In this document: positions 30,912 to 39,682 of the stretch, piece after piece
Layout: every line of letters begins with the position of its first letter
Numbering within the stretch: the stretch's first letter is position 1
IMG/VR virus record: IMGVR_UViG_3300006001_000011
Span: 1 to 64,000 of that record
Reading direction: 5' to 3' (one strand)
DNA: 64,000 bases
Origin: a virus
The notes under the pieces: generated by a model
Told to the model about the DNA's origin: nothing
The model's database searches: none
What the model saw: only the letters and a program-made list of their open reading frames with translations
Made by a program: the position numbers and the translations under genes

Positions 30912-31961
30912 TTAAAATTTAATTAGATTTTCATGGAGAAGATTTTTCAAAAAGTCGTTTCCCCTGTATCTTCTGAGGTCGGCAGGGTCTTTTTCCATGC
31001 CTATGGGGATATGGAAAGCACGCGCCTTGTTTGAAACGCATCCGTTTAAGAGTTCCTTTAGTTTTTCTGCCGCAAAGAGTCCGGCGTCGTCGTTGTCGAA
31101 AAAGACCACGATTTGTTCGAACCTTACGCACAGGTTTTTCAGGGTTTCTTTGGACGGGAACATTCCCTCATTTTGAAACCATACCGCATTAATTCCCAGA
31201 TTTCTCAACACTCTGCAATCCTTGTAGGACTTGGATATGACCAACTGCTCCCCGAAAGACGGGAGGGATTTGATTTCCCCCACGTCTTCCGCTTTGCAGG
31301 TGGCGAAGAACCTTCCTCTGCCTTTTGACAGCGGGTTGTAAATCTTCTTCCTGTCTTCGGGAAAATCCGAAAATGAATAACATATTTGCCATGGTTTGTA
31401 TATCCATGTGCCTCGTTTTGCGTTAATCATATGGGCTTCCTTGACCGGAAATACTTTGTCGTCCAGAAGGTTTTTGCGGCTTATTCCGTACTTGCTCCAG
31501 TACCTTTTGTCTCTCGCTTCATATTCTCTCGTTCTGGTGTGTATATACACTTTGGGTTTGGGAGCGAATTGAGTTTCGGAGAGAGAAGAGGAAGGAGGAA
31601 GGGGAATAAGCGAACCGTCTTTGTCCGCCATAAAATAACTATAGAGGAAGAGCAACGTCTCGCGAAAATTGTCAAAGTCAAACTTGAATTTTACGGCGTC
31701 GAAGCAATCGATGCTTGCGCCGGAACCAGTCTGAGAGTTTCCGAAATCGACGAAACGGAGTCTTCCTCTGTACTGTTCAAACCAACAGCCCGGATTCTTG
31801 TCTTTTCTGAAAGGAGAAATGACCTTTACTCCGGGCTGGGGTTTATAATTAAATGCCAATTCAAATATCTCTTCTTCTTGCACGTATTTTAATATTTCGC
31901 GCTTGTCTATTCCTCTTTCGAGGAATTTGACGCGGGCATCATATTGATAGCCTGATTCCAT
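30912..31961 (-). CDS. DnaG-like (TOPRIM) DNA primase
   Basis: The N-terminal segment is SPFRKDKNPGCWF. The TOPRIM acidic cluster is VVFFDNDDAGLFAAEKLKELL. It sits in the replication gene neighbourhood. Confidence 0.7.
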   Translation of the reverse strand: MESGYQYDARVKFLERGIDKREILKYVQEEEIFELAFNYKPQPGVKVISPFRKDKNPGCWFEQYRGRLRFVDFGNSQTGSGASIDCFDAVKFKFDFDNFRETLLFLYSYFMADKDGSLIPLPPSSSLSETQFAPKPKVYIHTRTREYEARDKRYWSKYGISRKNLLDDKVFPVKEAHMINAKRGTWIYKPWQICYSFSDFPEDRKKIYNPLSKGRGRFFATCKAEDVGEIKSLPSFGEQLVISKSYKDCRVLRNLGINAVWFQNEGMFPSKETLKNLCVRFEQIVVFFDNDDAGLFAAEKLKELLNGCVSNKARAFHIPIGMEKDPADLRRYRGNDFLKNLLHENLIKF

Positions 31962-31985
31962 CAGAAAGATATTTAAGCGAGCTTC

Positions 31986-32825
31986 TTACCAATCCATCGG
32001 GCCTGCGGAATGGTGAGATACGGGTCTCGGCTCGGCGGGTTTTGTCGCATAGGTCTGGTTGCCCTGATTTTGGGGCTGAGCCTGAGCCGCTTCTTCGTTT
32101 TGCTGAATGGCTTTTCGACTTTCCATATACATTTTATCCCGTTTAAAGGGATGTATGTTTTGACCTGCGTCGATATACCGCAATCCCGTCATTGTTTCAA
32201 TTTTTGCTATGTTATTGGGATTTGCGGACTGCCATGTTCTTTGCTCCGTCCAAGAGCCGCCTACGGGTTCGATATGAGGGCAAAGGAATTTTCCGCCCTT
32301 CATGTTCTTGGGCAATTCCAGATACGTTTTGTTTTGCCCCTGTTGAATTTCCCATTGGTATTCCAAGAAGAAATCTACCGGTTTTTCGGCATAATTGAGG
32401 GGAGCGAGAGAGGTAACCACCTTAGCCCAAGAAGAAAAATCGGAAAAACCGTTTTTAAGGGCATTGGATATGGCTGTTTCCGTTACTCCGACGGCTTTGA
32501 GCAAATGCACCATCACGGCAACAAGCTGACCCATTGCGTCTTTATAAGCGTTTTTGTACTCTGCGGAAGACCTGTCTGCGATTTCTCCTCCCTTTCCGTA
32601 AAGACGGGAGATTTCAAAGAACCGCTTGCGATACTCCTTTTCTCCTGTTTTAATGGTTACGTCGATGGCGTTCATTTCCGTGCCGTCTCGTCCCGCATAG
32701 GGGTTGAAGGCGAAATGGGAGATATTTCCCGTATTCAGTCCGAACTGACCGTAACCTCCGGATTTTCCTTTTACCGAGTCATCATTGTCGCTGATAAACC
32801 CGTACTTTAACTGTTCTTCTAGCAT
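31986..32825 (-). CDS. Hypothetical protein; possible ssDNA-binding protein (position-based guess)
   Basis: 279 aa with a Q/A/P-rich disordered C-terminal tail ending in an aromatic residue. It lies between the primase and ATPase genes. I recognise no motif. Confidence 0.3.
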   Translation of the reverse strand: MLEEQLKYGFISDNDDSVKGKSGGYGQFGLNTGNISHFAFNPYAGRDGTEMNAIDVTIKTGEKEYRKRFFEISRLYGKGGEIADRSSAEYKNAYKDAMGQLVAVMVHLLKAVGVTETAISNALKNGFSDFSSWAKVVTSLAPLNYAEKPVDFFLEYQWEIQQGQNKTYLELPKNMKGGKFLCPHIEPVGGSWTEQRTWQSANPNNIAKIETMTGLRYIDAGQNIHPFKRDKMYMESRKAIQQNEEAAQAQPQNQGNQTYATKPAEPRPVSHHSAGPMDW

Positions 32826-32853
32826 AATTTAATTGTTTATTTATTGTTTTTGA

Positions 32854-33609
32854 TTAATTTTTCCAGATGTTTTTAATAGGAGGCGCAGGCGTTTCCGTTT
32901 TTTTCTCTTCGGCTTGTTTTTCTACTTCTTTTATCAGTTCCAGTGCGGCTTGGTCTGCTTCCTTGCGCAATGCTTCTTGAACCGGAGGCTCAGAATGAGA
33001 AGCAGCAATCAGAATTTCAGAAACTTTGTCAATTGTCTCTCCTCTCTTCGTTTCTTTCGGAATCCAAGCATGTTTTGCGTCTTTTAAAATGGGAAGCGGA
33101 ACATGCGGTTTCGGAGGAGAAACTTTGTCCTCCGGCAAGAAAGGAAGCTCTTCCGCCATTACGTCGGTCTGACCGGTAATTTCTCCTTCGTCGACGGGAG
33201 TAACGTCGTCTCCGTGTTCGTCGGTCAGTTCAAACTGCATCGGCACATATTCTTCTTTTGTTTCTTCCGTTTTTGCCGTTTCTTCCGACTCTATCAGTTC
33301 AAAGGCGGGCTGTTTCTTGGCTCTCTTGAAACGCAAATGTTTGTTCTCCTTAAAAAATTGATTAAGCGAGGATATTTTTATGCCCATCTTCTCCGCTATC
33401 TGAGGACGGGTAAGACCCTTTTCTATCAGGTCGACTACTTCGCTTTCTTTGATGAGACCCACAAAATTGGGTCTCAGGTTCTTTAGTTTCGGATGTCTGA
33501 AAAGTCTTGCGCAATCTGTTTTGGAAAGCCCGTAATGCTCTCCGATTTCTTTCCTTGTTTTGCCTGTGTTGTTTAAGGCGATGACGTTATTCAATTCTAT
33601 TCGTATCAT
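32854..33609 (-). CDS. DNA-binding protein with two helix-turn-helix modules
   Basis: The repeated HTH-like units are GKTRKEIGEHYGLSKTDCARLF and GLTRPQIAEKMGIKISSLNQFF. An acidic linker follows. Confidence 0.55.
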   Translation of the reverse strand: MIRIELNNVIALNNTGKTRKEIGEHYGLSKTDCARLFRHPKLKNLRPNFVGLIKESEVVDLIEKGLTRPQIAEKMGIKISSLNQFFKENKHLRFKRAKKQPAFELIESEETAKTEETKEEYVPMQFELTDEHGDDVTPVDEGEITGQTDVMAEELPFLPEDKVSPPKPHVPLPILKDAKHAWIPKETKRGETIDKVSEILIAASHSEPPVQEALRKEADQAALELIKEVEKQAEEKKTETPAPPIKNIWKN

Positions 33610-33610
33610 A

Positions 33611-34306
33611 TTAATAATTTAAAAGTTTCTGCAACACAAAATTGTAGTCGTTCTCGATAATCGGGTCGAAAAGACCTTGAGGACTCCTTACGGTATTGAA
33701 GCCGTCATTCTCGGTTTCAAACACGTATTTGGTGGAACTTCCGTCTCTCATTGCCCTTGTGTAAAGCACCGTTTCAAATTTGCCCTCCAGTTGCATTTTG
33801 GTGGTTACGTTCCCGATGGTTTTCAGTCGATACCTCACGTCATTCCCTTTTTTGAACTCTTCGGTATGCCCCGTGAGAAAGGCAAACCTGTCCTCTTCAA
33901 AAGCTCCCGCCTCCAACGCTTTGGCTATGTGGTCTATGATTTCCTTGTAGGTCTTGGGAATCATGTGATACGGATAGTTGGGTTTCCTTTTTGTTCCGTA
34001 CTCTTCTCTCCCTCCGAGCCATACGGGGTCTTTTTTGTCGGCGTTAAACCAGATATTGCTCTTATGGGGAAGGTTGCGCATAGAGGTACTTTTTCCCGTT
34101 CCGGGTTCTCCTAACACCAAGATAGTGTTAAATCCCATATTTTGCAAATCGGAGTTAAAACTCCAGATGTCCACTCCCCAGTCCCGCCATTTGTCGTGAG
34201 TCGGTTTTTTTACGGATGTCATGTACATTTCTGTTTGAATGCCGGTAAGCGTATCCACGCAGATGCTTCTGACTTTGGTTTTCGGTTTCTCTTGTTCTTG
34301 TTCCAT
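33611..34306 (-). CDS. P-loop NTPase (phage AAA_24/Sak4-like replication-recombination ATPase candidate)
   Basis: Walker A is LVLGEPGTGKST. There is also a FAFLTGHTEE segment. It sits in a replication context. Confidence 0.6.
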   Translation of the reverse strand: MEQEQEKPKTKVRSICVDTLTGIQTEMYMTSVKKPTHDKWRDWGVDIWSFNSDLQNMGFNTILVLGEPGTGKSTSMRNLPHKSNIWFNADKKDPVWLGGREEYGTKRKPNYPYHMIPKTYKEIIDHIAKALEAGAFEEDRFAFLTGHTEEFKKGNDVRYRLKTIGNVTTKMQLEGKFETVLYTRAMRDGSSTKYVFETENDGFNTVRSPQGLFDPIIENDYNFVLQKLLNY

Positions 34307-34330
34307 AGTTTATTGTTTATTTTCGTTGTT

Positions 34331-34735
34331 TTACCAGTCGTCTTCTTCGCCTTTTACCCGTTTTATCTCGTCGTCGAGCTGTTCGGGACTGAATACCACT
34401 CCGCTGAAATACGGATTTCCTTCCATTATTTTTCTGACCGAGTATTTTATTCCGCTTTTATTGGGGTGCGAAATTAGAAATGTTTCTCTGTTTATCTCGG
34501 TCAATATGTGAAAGATTTCGACTTTTTCTCCGGAGTCCAGTTTTTCCGCCAGTTCTTCTATGGGCGCGTCGGTTCTGAAAACGAAGATATTTATGTCATG
34601 GAAGGCGTCCCATTCCGTGCGCAATTTTTTGTTGAGGTAAATGTAGGGTTCTTTTATGAGTTCCCTGACAAATTCCAACATTTCTGCTTTGTCTTCCGAC
34701 TCGCAGGCATGGAATTCAAAAAGATATGTTTTCAC
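34331..34735 (-). CDS. Hypothetical protein, tandem paralog A (MxTYxF...VFR family)
   Basis: It contains MKTYLFEFH...INIFVFRTDAPIEELAEKL..EIFHIL, an architecture shared with the two upstream ORFs. Confidence 0.6.
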   Translation of the reverse strand: MKTYLFEFHACESEDKAEMLEFVRELIKEPYIYLNKKLRTEWDAFHDINIFVFRTDAPIEELAEKLDSGEKVEIFHILTEINRETFLISHPNKSGIKYSVRKIMEGNPYFSGVVFSPEQLDDEIKRVKGEEDDW

Positions 34736-35147
34736 GTCGTTTGTCTTTTAAGTTTATAAGTTCTCGCATTTTTTCTATCTCTTCTTCGATGTCTTCCTTT
34801 TTGCGGAAATCCCTCGTGTCGCCGAGCATAAAAGTCTCTTTGCTTCCGAACAAGTTTTTTGCCGCCAGAATAAAATAAACGCTGTCGTTTTTGTCGTCGG
34901 CTTTAAAAACATGTTTTGCAAATTCCGATTTAGACATTTGGACATTGAAAAAGAAACTCATGATTCGCACCGAGTTGTAACGTTTTCCGCGATATGGTTT
35001 TTCCAGAAAATATTTTTGTTTCCAGTAAAAGACGGGATATTTGACAATATCCTTTAAAGCGGACAACATTCCTATTTTGGCGGATGCCGATTTAAAATGG
35101 CAATTCAAAAAATAGGTTCTCGTGATTTCTTTGACTTTTGGTTTCAT
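34716..35147 (-). CDS. Hypothetical protein, tandem paralog B
   Basis: It contains RTYFLNCHF...RIMSFFFNVQMSKSEFAKHV..VYFIL. Confidence 0.55.
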   Translation of the reverse strand: MKPKVKEITRTYFLNCHFKSASAKIGMLSALKDIVKYPVFYWKQKYFLEKPYRGKRYNSVRIMSFFFNVQMSKSEFAKHVFKADDKNDSVYFILAAKNLFGSKETFMLGDTRDFRKKEDIEEEIEKMRELINLKDKRRENISF

Positions 35148-35611
35148 GGTTTTCTCGGTTTTTGTTTTTTCATCTGACGCAACATGTATCGTTCCGACAA
35201 CTGGGATACCGCGAAAACGAACATGATTTCGTTGTCCGTAAGCATTTTCTCCAAATTTTTGGCGGTCGTATTGAAGAAAATCTGAACTGCTTCTTGAAGC
35301 GACGGACTTTTCATGTTGTGCACAATCATGTCCGGTTCTTTGAGAGAGATGAGATAAAATTCCGCGTCTCTCTCTTTGTCTCGCATCAGCGTATTCAATT
35401 CCGCGACGGAGAAGTTGCTTCTGAATACATAGATTGCTTCGCCGAAAGTGCTCGGCGCGTTTGCCCCGAACATCAGTTTATGTTCTAACTCTATTCCGTA
35501 TTCCTTTTCGGCGGCTATTACGTGTTCTTCCATTGCGTCTTTTATGTTCATAAACATTTCGTGAACAGGTTCCAGCGAATAGGACAGTATGTGCAAAAAA
35601 TAAGTGTTCAT
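35144..35611 (-). CDS. Hypothetical protein, tandem paralog C
   Basis: It contains MNTYFLHIL...AIYVFRSNFSVAELNTLM..EFYLISL. It has ATGA coupling on both sides. Confidence 0.6.
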   Translation of the reverse strand: MNTYFLHILSYSLEPVHEMFMNIKDAMEEHVIAAEKEYGIELEHKLMFGANAPSTFGEAIYVFRSNFSVAELNTLMRDKERDAEFYLISLKEPDMIVHNMKSPSLQEAVQIFFNTTAKNLEKMLTDNEIMFVFAVSQLSERYMLRQMKKQKPRKP

Positions 35612-36330
35612 TGTTTTTTTGATTTTTGTTTTTTCTCTGTTTTTTCCGTGAATTTTTTAACCTCCCAATAAGGATTTTCTTTCTCCCATGTTTTCGGGAT
35701 TCCGTTTAAAGCGATTGCCATCAGGAAGTTGGTGATTATGGGATTTTCCCTGTATTTTTCGGCATCCCATTCCGCCGTTATGGCATATCCTTCTCGTCTC
35801 AAGGAATAGATGACCTTCTCGATAAAGTCGTATCTGGTCATGTTGCGTTTTGCCAGATGCTTGTCTATCGTTACTGCTCTTTCCGACGGAAGGTTAAGAA
35901 AGTATAAATAGGCGACCATTTCTTTGTCGAACCTTAAATATTGCCTTTTCTTGGTTTCCAGTTCTTTTTTGTAAAGGAGTTTTTGTTTTTCCGTCATCAT
36001 GTCGTATATATGTTCCATCGCCGAAATCTGGGCTTTCGCTTTTCTGGAAACGTTATATTCGTCGAGGTTGTAGAATCCCAAATCTTCCAGTATAGGCGTC
36101 GCCATTTCGGAAAGCGAGAGGACGGGTTTTAAGTCGTCCTCGTCAGCCAATTTTCGCAGAGCGTCTTTTTCCAGAGCGCGTTGTTCTCTTTCATTCAATG
36201 CCGACCACTCTGCGCCGTTCATTTTTTTGTTTATCATTTGACAGACCTTCGCCATTACGGCTTGCTTGGGTCTTCTCGGTTTCCTCGAAAGAAAGTTCGA
36301 GGCGTCTTGTTCCATTTCTTCTGATGTCAT
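35608..36330 (-). CDS. Hypothetical protein (paralogous N-terminal region with 36327..36773)
   Basis: It contains LSLSEMATPILEDLGFY...KAKAQISAMEHIYDMMTEKQKLLYKKELETKK. The neighbour has IPLSEMARPALERLDIY...KVRMQLSEMERIYAEMSEEDKAFYKEEIEKKR. Confidence 0.6.
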   Translation of the reverse strand: MTSEEMEQDASNFLSRKPRRPKQAVMAKVCQMINKKMNGAEWSALNEREQRALEKDALRKLADEDDLKPVLSLSEMATPILEDLGFYNLDEYNVSRKAKAQISAMEHIYDMMTEKQKLLYKKELETKKRQYLRFDKEMVAYLYFLNLPSERAVTIDKHLAKRNMTRYDFIEKVIYSLRREGYAITAEWDAEKYRENPIITNFLMAIALNGIPKTWEKENPYWEVKKFTEKTEKKQKSKKQ

Positions 36331-36773
36331 GATTTTTGGATTTCTTTGTACAATAATCTTTTCTTTTCGATTTCTTCTTTATAGAAGGCTTTGTCCTCTT
36401 CGGACATTTCCGCATAGATTCGTTCCATTTCCGAAAGTTGCATTCTCACTTTTCTATTCGTATGGAGTACTCCCATTTTGTAAATGTCTAATCTTTCCAG
36501 AGCGGGTCTTGCCATTTCCGACAACGGAATTCTTATTTCAACGTTTCCTTCTCCCGCGATTTCTTCTATGGCTTCTCTTTCAAGATCCAGTTTTTTCTTA
36601 CGGTTTAGGTCATAAAAGTTCGACGCAGAAAGTCCCATTTCTATAAGTTTCCTTCCCATTATCTGCATTATTTTCTTGTGCAAACAAATATGGGGGATAG
36701 GCATAAGTCTATAACATTGAGCTTGTCTCAGAAACTTTTGCGCTTCCCTTTTCATTTCCTCTTCTTCTGTCAT
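36327..36773 (-). CDS. Hypothetical protein (paralog of the 35608..36330 N-terminal region)
   Basis: See the shared motifs above. It has an ATGA overlap with the downstream gene. Confidence 0.6.
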   Translation of the reverse strand: MTEEEEMKREAQKFLRQAQCYRLMPIPHICLHKKIMQIMGRKLIEMGLSASNFYDLNRKKKLDLEREAIEEIAGEGNVEIRIPLSEMARPALERLDIYKMGVLHTNRKVRMQLSEMERIYAEMSEEDKAFYKEEIEKKRLLYKEIQKS

Positions 36774-36808
36774 TTCTTGCTTTTTATTGGTTTTGGGCTT
36801 GCAATCTA

Positions 36809-38011
36809 TTAAATAATTTCGGTCAAAGGTTTAAATGTTTTGAAGTTTCCGAACATGTTTACCTTAAAGTGCTGAGGATATATCGTATGCCTGCTCTCCA
36901 CTAAATGAATGCTTCTCATGTTGGGGTATAACTGATTGTCGTACCCGTCTCTTATCTTCATTCCAAAGTGCGATTTCAGGTGATATTTGTCGTCATTCGG
37001 GTTCATCATCGTAAACAGATAGTCGCTGTCCTCAGACAAATTGTTGGTGTCCTTGACGTCCTCCGCCGTAGGGTAGAGCATGTCTTTGGCATACCGCAGT
37101 CTGTCTTGGTCTACTATGCTCCTGTTGGTGTGAATGATGTGCACAAAAGTATATTGACACAAATTTCTGACGATTACGCTGTATTCCACGAATTTGTCGA
37201 TGAGCTGTTTCGGCGTAAATCCCTGTTCAGGTATAAACTTCCTCAAATGGTCTGTGATGACTATCACGTATTTTTGAGGATTGTTCGGCTTGTAACCTAT
37301 GATGCGTTCTCCTTGTCCTCCCGCTTTGGTCTTTATGAATTGACCGTTTGATTCTGCGTGAGCCAACAAGAATTTATACACCCCCGTGGGATTGTTTCTT
37401 TCCTCTTTGAAATCAATTGCTCCTTTTTTGCAGATGTGCCCGTATTCGTTGTATTCTCCGAACAGCGGCTTTATCCTTTTGGAGTAGGTTTGCTTTACGG
37501 CTTCAAATATGCTTTCCTTTACCAGTATTACTTTCCCTTCGTCGTCCAATACCCTTCCTCTGAGGTAATCGGGGGACAAGGGTATGGTGCTTTCGCCGTT
37601 TTTCTTCACTCCGTCTTCCAGAACGATATTTTCTATTCCGTAGTCTTCGTGCAGAAAGTGAGCGACGAAATCGAACTCTTTGCTTACTCGGTCTATTTCG
37701 TATGAATTGTAAATCCATTCGAGGTCGAGTTTGTTTTCAAGGGAAGACAGCCAAGGATTAATCAGGAAAGCATAATCGACCAATGTAGATTTGCCGACTT
37801 TTGCTCCGCTTGCGATAGAATAAATTCTTCCGCGTTGGAGTCCGTTTATTGCTCCCGCAAGTTTAACTAATCCTTTGCCCAGAGGGATTCCTATATTGCC
37901 CCCCTGTTGTCCCTTTTTGTATTCCAAAATGAAATTCACTGCAGAGTATTGGTTAGATTTCTGCTTCTCATGGCGACTTGTTCCTTTTCTTCTTTGAGTC
38001 TTTCGAGCCAT
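36809..38011 (-). CDS. DnaB-like replicative helicase (RecA-fold C-terminal domain type)
   Basis: GIPLGKGLVKLAGAINGLQRGRIYSIASGAKVGKSTLV matches DnaB G.P.G...LD...GG...G.L.vIa.rP..GKT. Walker B is YVIVITDHL. HIIHTNR is also present. The start overlaps the upstream ORF by 76 nt, so the true start is uncertain. Confidence 0.8.
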   Translation of the reverse strand: MARKTQRRKGTSRHEKQKSNQYSAVNFILEYKKGQQGGNIGIPLGKGLVKLAGAINGLQRGRIYSIASGAKVGKSTLVDYAFLINPWLSSLENKLDLEWIYNSYEIDRVSKEFDFVAHFLHEDYGIENIVLEDGVKKNGESTIPLSPDYLRGRVLDDEGKVILVKESIFEAVKQTYSKRIKPLFGEYNEYGHICKKGAIDFKEERNNPTGVYKFLLAHAESNGQFIKTKAGGQGERIIGYKPNNPQKYVIVITDHLRKFIPEQGFTPKQLIDKFVEYSVIVRNLCQYTFVHIIHTNRSIVDQDRLRYAKDMLYPTAEDVKDTNNLSEDSDYLFTMMNPNDDKYHLKSHFGMKIRDGYDNQLYPNMRSIHLVESRHTIYPQHFKVNMFGNFKTFKPLTEII

Positions 38012-38478
38012 GATTCCAAGTCAGAAATTTTAGCCGCGCCTGCCCCCTTTTCGATAAAATAATGAGGGAGTCTGATGTATGCGGGGTCTGTCCTGCTCAG
38101 ATATAAGCGGGTCGCGTCCAATACGTCGTCTTTCCTCACTTCGGGGTTTTTGGCGAAAAAGGCTTTCATTCTGTTGGTCGATTCCTTGATGTTCCCTCCC
38201 TTTTCGGGGTTTCTTTCCGAAAATAATTTCACGTACTCGGTTTTAACCCAGTCAAAGGGAGTGTTCATGTTTTTTGATTTGAACAATTCCGCGTTCCATT
38301 TCAGCGAACCGTCTTCGTCGGCTTCCGCAATCTGAGAGCTGTTTACTTTCTTCTTGAGCAAGTCGGGTATGAAGGACGGGTTCAGCCCGAAATGGAGCGA
38401 AATCAAATAACACAATCCGTCGTCTTTGGGAATGTCAAATTCTTCAAATATCTCCAAGATTTTCTCGTTTATTTCCAT
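37936..38478 (-). CDS. Hypothetical protein upstream of the helicase (possible helicase partner/loader, position only)
   Basis: 180 aa ORF with no motif I recognise. Confidence 0.55.
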   Translation of the reverse strand: MEINEKILEIFEEFDIPKDDGLCYLISLHFGLNPSFIPDLLKKKVNSSQIAEADEDGSLKWNAELFKSKNMNTPFDWVKTEYVKLFSERNPEKGGNIKESTNRMKAFFAKNPEVRKDDVLDATRLYLSRTDPAYIRLPHYFIEKGAGAAKISDLESWLERLKEEKEQVAMRSRNLTNTLQ

Positions 38479-38522
38479 TACATTTTTGATTTGAAATTTA
38501 ACATAACAATCCTATTTCGACG

Positions 38523-39647
38523 TTATTTCAAAGAGAAAGAAAATTCCCGCACTTTGCTTTTGTCAAATCTTTCCAGAGTCAAATTCACCCATTTTTCGTC
38601 CTGCGTTTCTTGCAGGCAGAAAATCCAGATGTTGGCTTTGTACTCGCTTTGCACCAGTAAAGTGCGGGCAATCTTCTGAGAAACCGTTCCGTTCCTGTCG
38701 GAGTCCGCCTGCACCACCACCAAGTTGTCGATTCCTTTATATGTATATCCGATTCCTCCGGAATTTACCATCGCAATTCTCTCGATCTTGTTCTCTTGGA
38801 ATAACCTCAAACTTTTGTCGTCGGTCTTGCTGTGATAAGTGTGTTCGCATAATTCCTTCGCTTGCTTGATGTTGGCGGCGAATATCAACGTTTTGCCTTT
38901 AATCTGCTGTCCGAGCATATACTTAACCGCTCTCAATTTGCTCGGCGCGTTTCCGATGAACCTCATCCGTGCAAAAATACGAAACATGACGTCTTTGCTT
39001 TGGCTTCCCAAGACGGATGCTCTTCGGATGCTGTCAGACAAATATTCATAGTTCTTCTTTTCGGAAGTCCACCAGCTTTTGCCGGGCTTTTTAATGAGAA
39101 GGTCGCGCTTGTCGCTCATGGCTACTCTTACCAGATTAATCTGATAATTGGACAGTATTCCATGCCCTACAGCCTCATTGATGTCCAACTCGTAAAGTAC
39201 TTTAAGCCCTAACTTCGAGTATATACCATGCTTCTCTCCGTGCTCCGTTGCCGTGCCGGTCATAGAAAGCATGTATTCGCAGGTCAGGGTCTTGTTCAGC
39301 AGATTTGCCGCATTTCGTTCCGTCAGGCATTGTTCCTCGTCGAGCACTACCATTTTATAATGCCCTCCGTATTTGGGCAACGACGCGTAAGTGACGAATT
39401 TTACGGCGGGCAGAAACTCCGTCGCGTCCCATTTCACAAACTCGGTAGGGATGTCGATTTGGCAAAGTTGCGCAGAAGGACTTACCCACAGGACGGAATC
39501 CGGTTTTTCTCTTTTAATAATGTCTATCATCAGTTTTGTTTTCCCGAATCTGGGGGCAAGAAGAAGCCTTCCGGAAGGCTTTGCGGGCAACAGTCTGATG
39601 ATTTCTTGCTGTAGCCGCGTCTTGCTGTCGATGGTTTGAGTATTCAT
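38523..39647 (-). CDS. Superfamily 2 (DEAD/SNF2-like) helicase
   Basis: Motif I is LLLAPRFGKTK. Motif II is MVVLDEEQ. Motif III is SMTGTA. The motif V/VI region is GGIGYTYKGIDNLVVVQ..SQKIARTL. Confidence 0.75.
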   Translation of the reverse strand: MNTQTIDSKTRLQQEIIRLLPAKPSGRLLLAPRFGKTKLMIDIIKREKPDSVLWVSPSAQLCQIDIPTEFVKWDATEFLPAVKFVTYASLPKYGGHYKMVVLDEEQCLTERNAANLLNKTLTCEYMLSMTGTATEHGEKHGIYSKLGLKVLYELDINEAVGHGILSNYQINLVRVAMSDKRDLLIKKPGKSWWTSEKKNYEYLSDSIRRASVLGSQSKDVMFRIFARMRFIGNAPSKLRAVKYMLGQQIKGKTLIFAANIKQAKELCEHTYHSKTDDKSLRLFQENKIERIAMVNSGGIGYTYKGIDNLVVVQADSDRNGTVSQKIARTLLVQSEYKANIWIFCLQETQDEKWVNLTLERFDKSKVREFSFSLK

Positions 39648-39682
39648 AATTTAATTGATGTGAGGGGCACTTAGCCTTGTTT

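Noticed and set aside
33611-34306. Apparent permuted motif order in the P-loop ATPase (a Walker-B-like ICVDTLTG lies N-terminal to Walker A GEPGTGKST).
   Set aside because: The upstream hhhhD-like string may be coincidental. I cannot distinguish the two without a profile alignment or structure, so I report the protein only as a P-loop NTPase.
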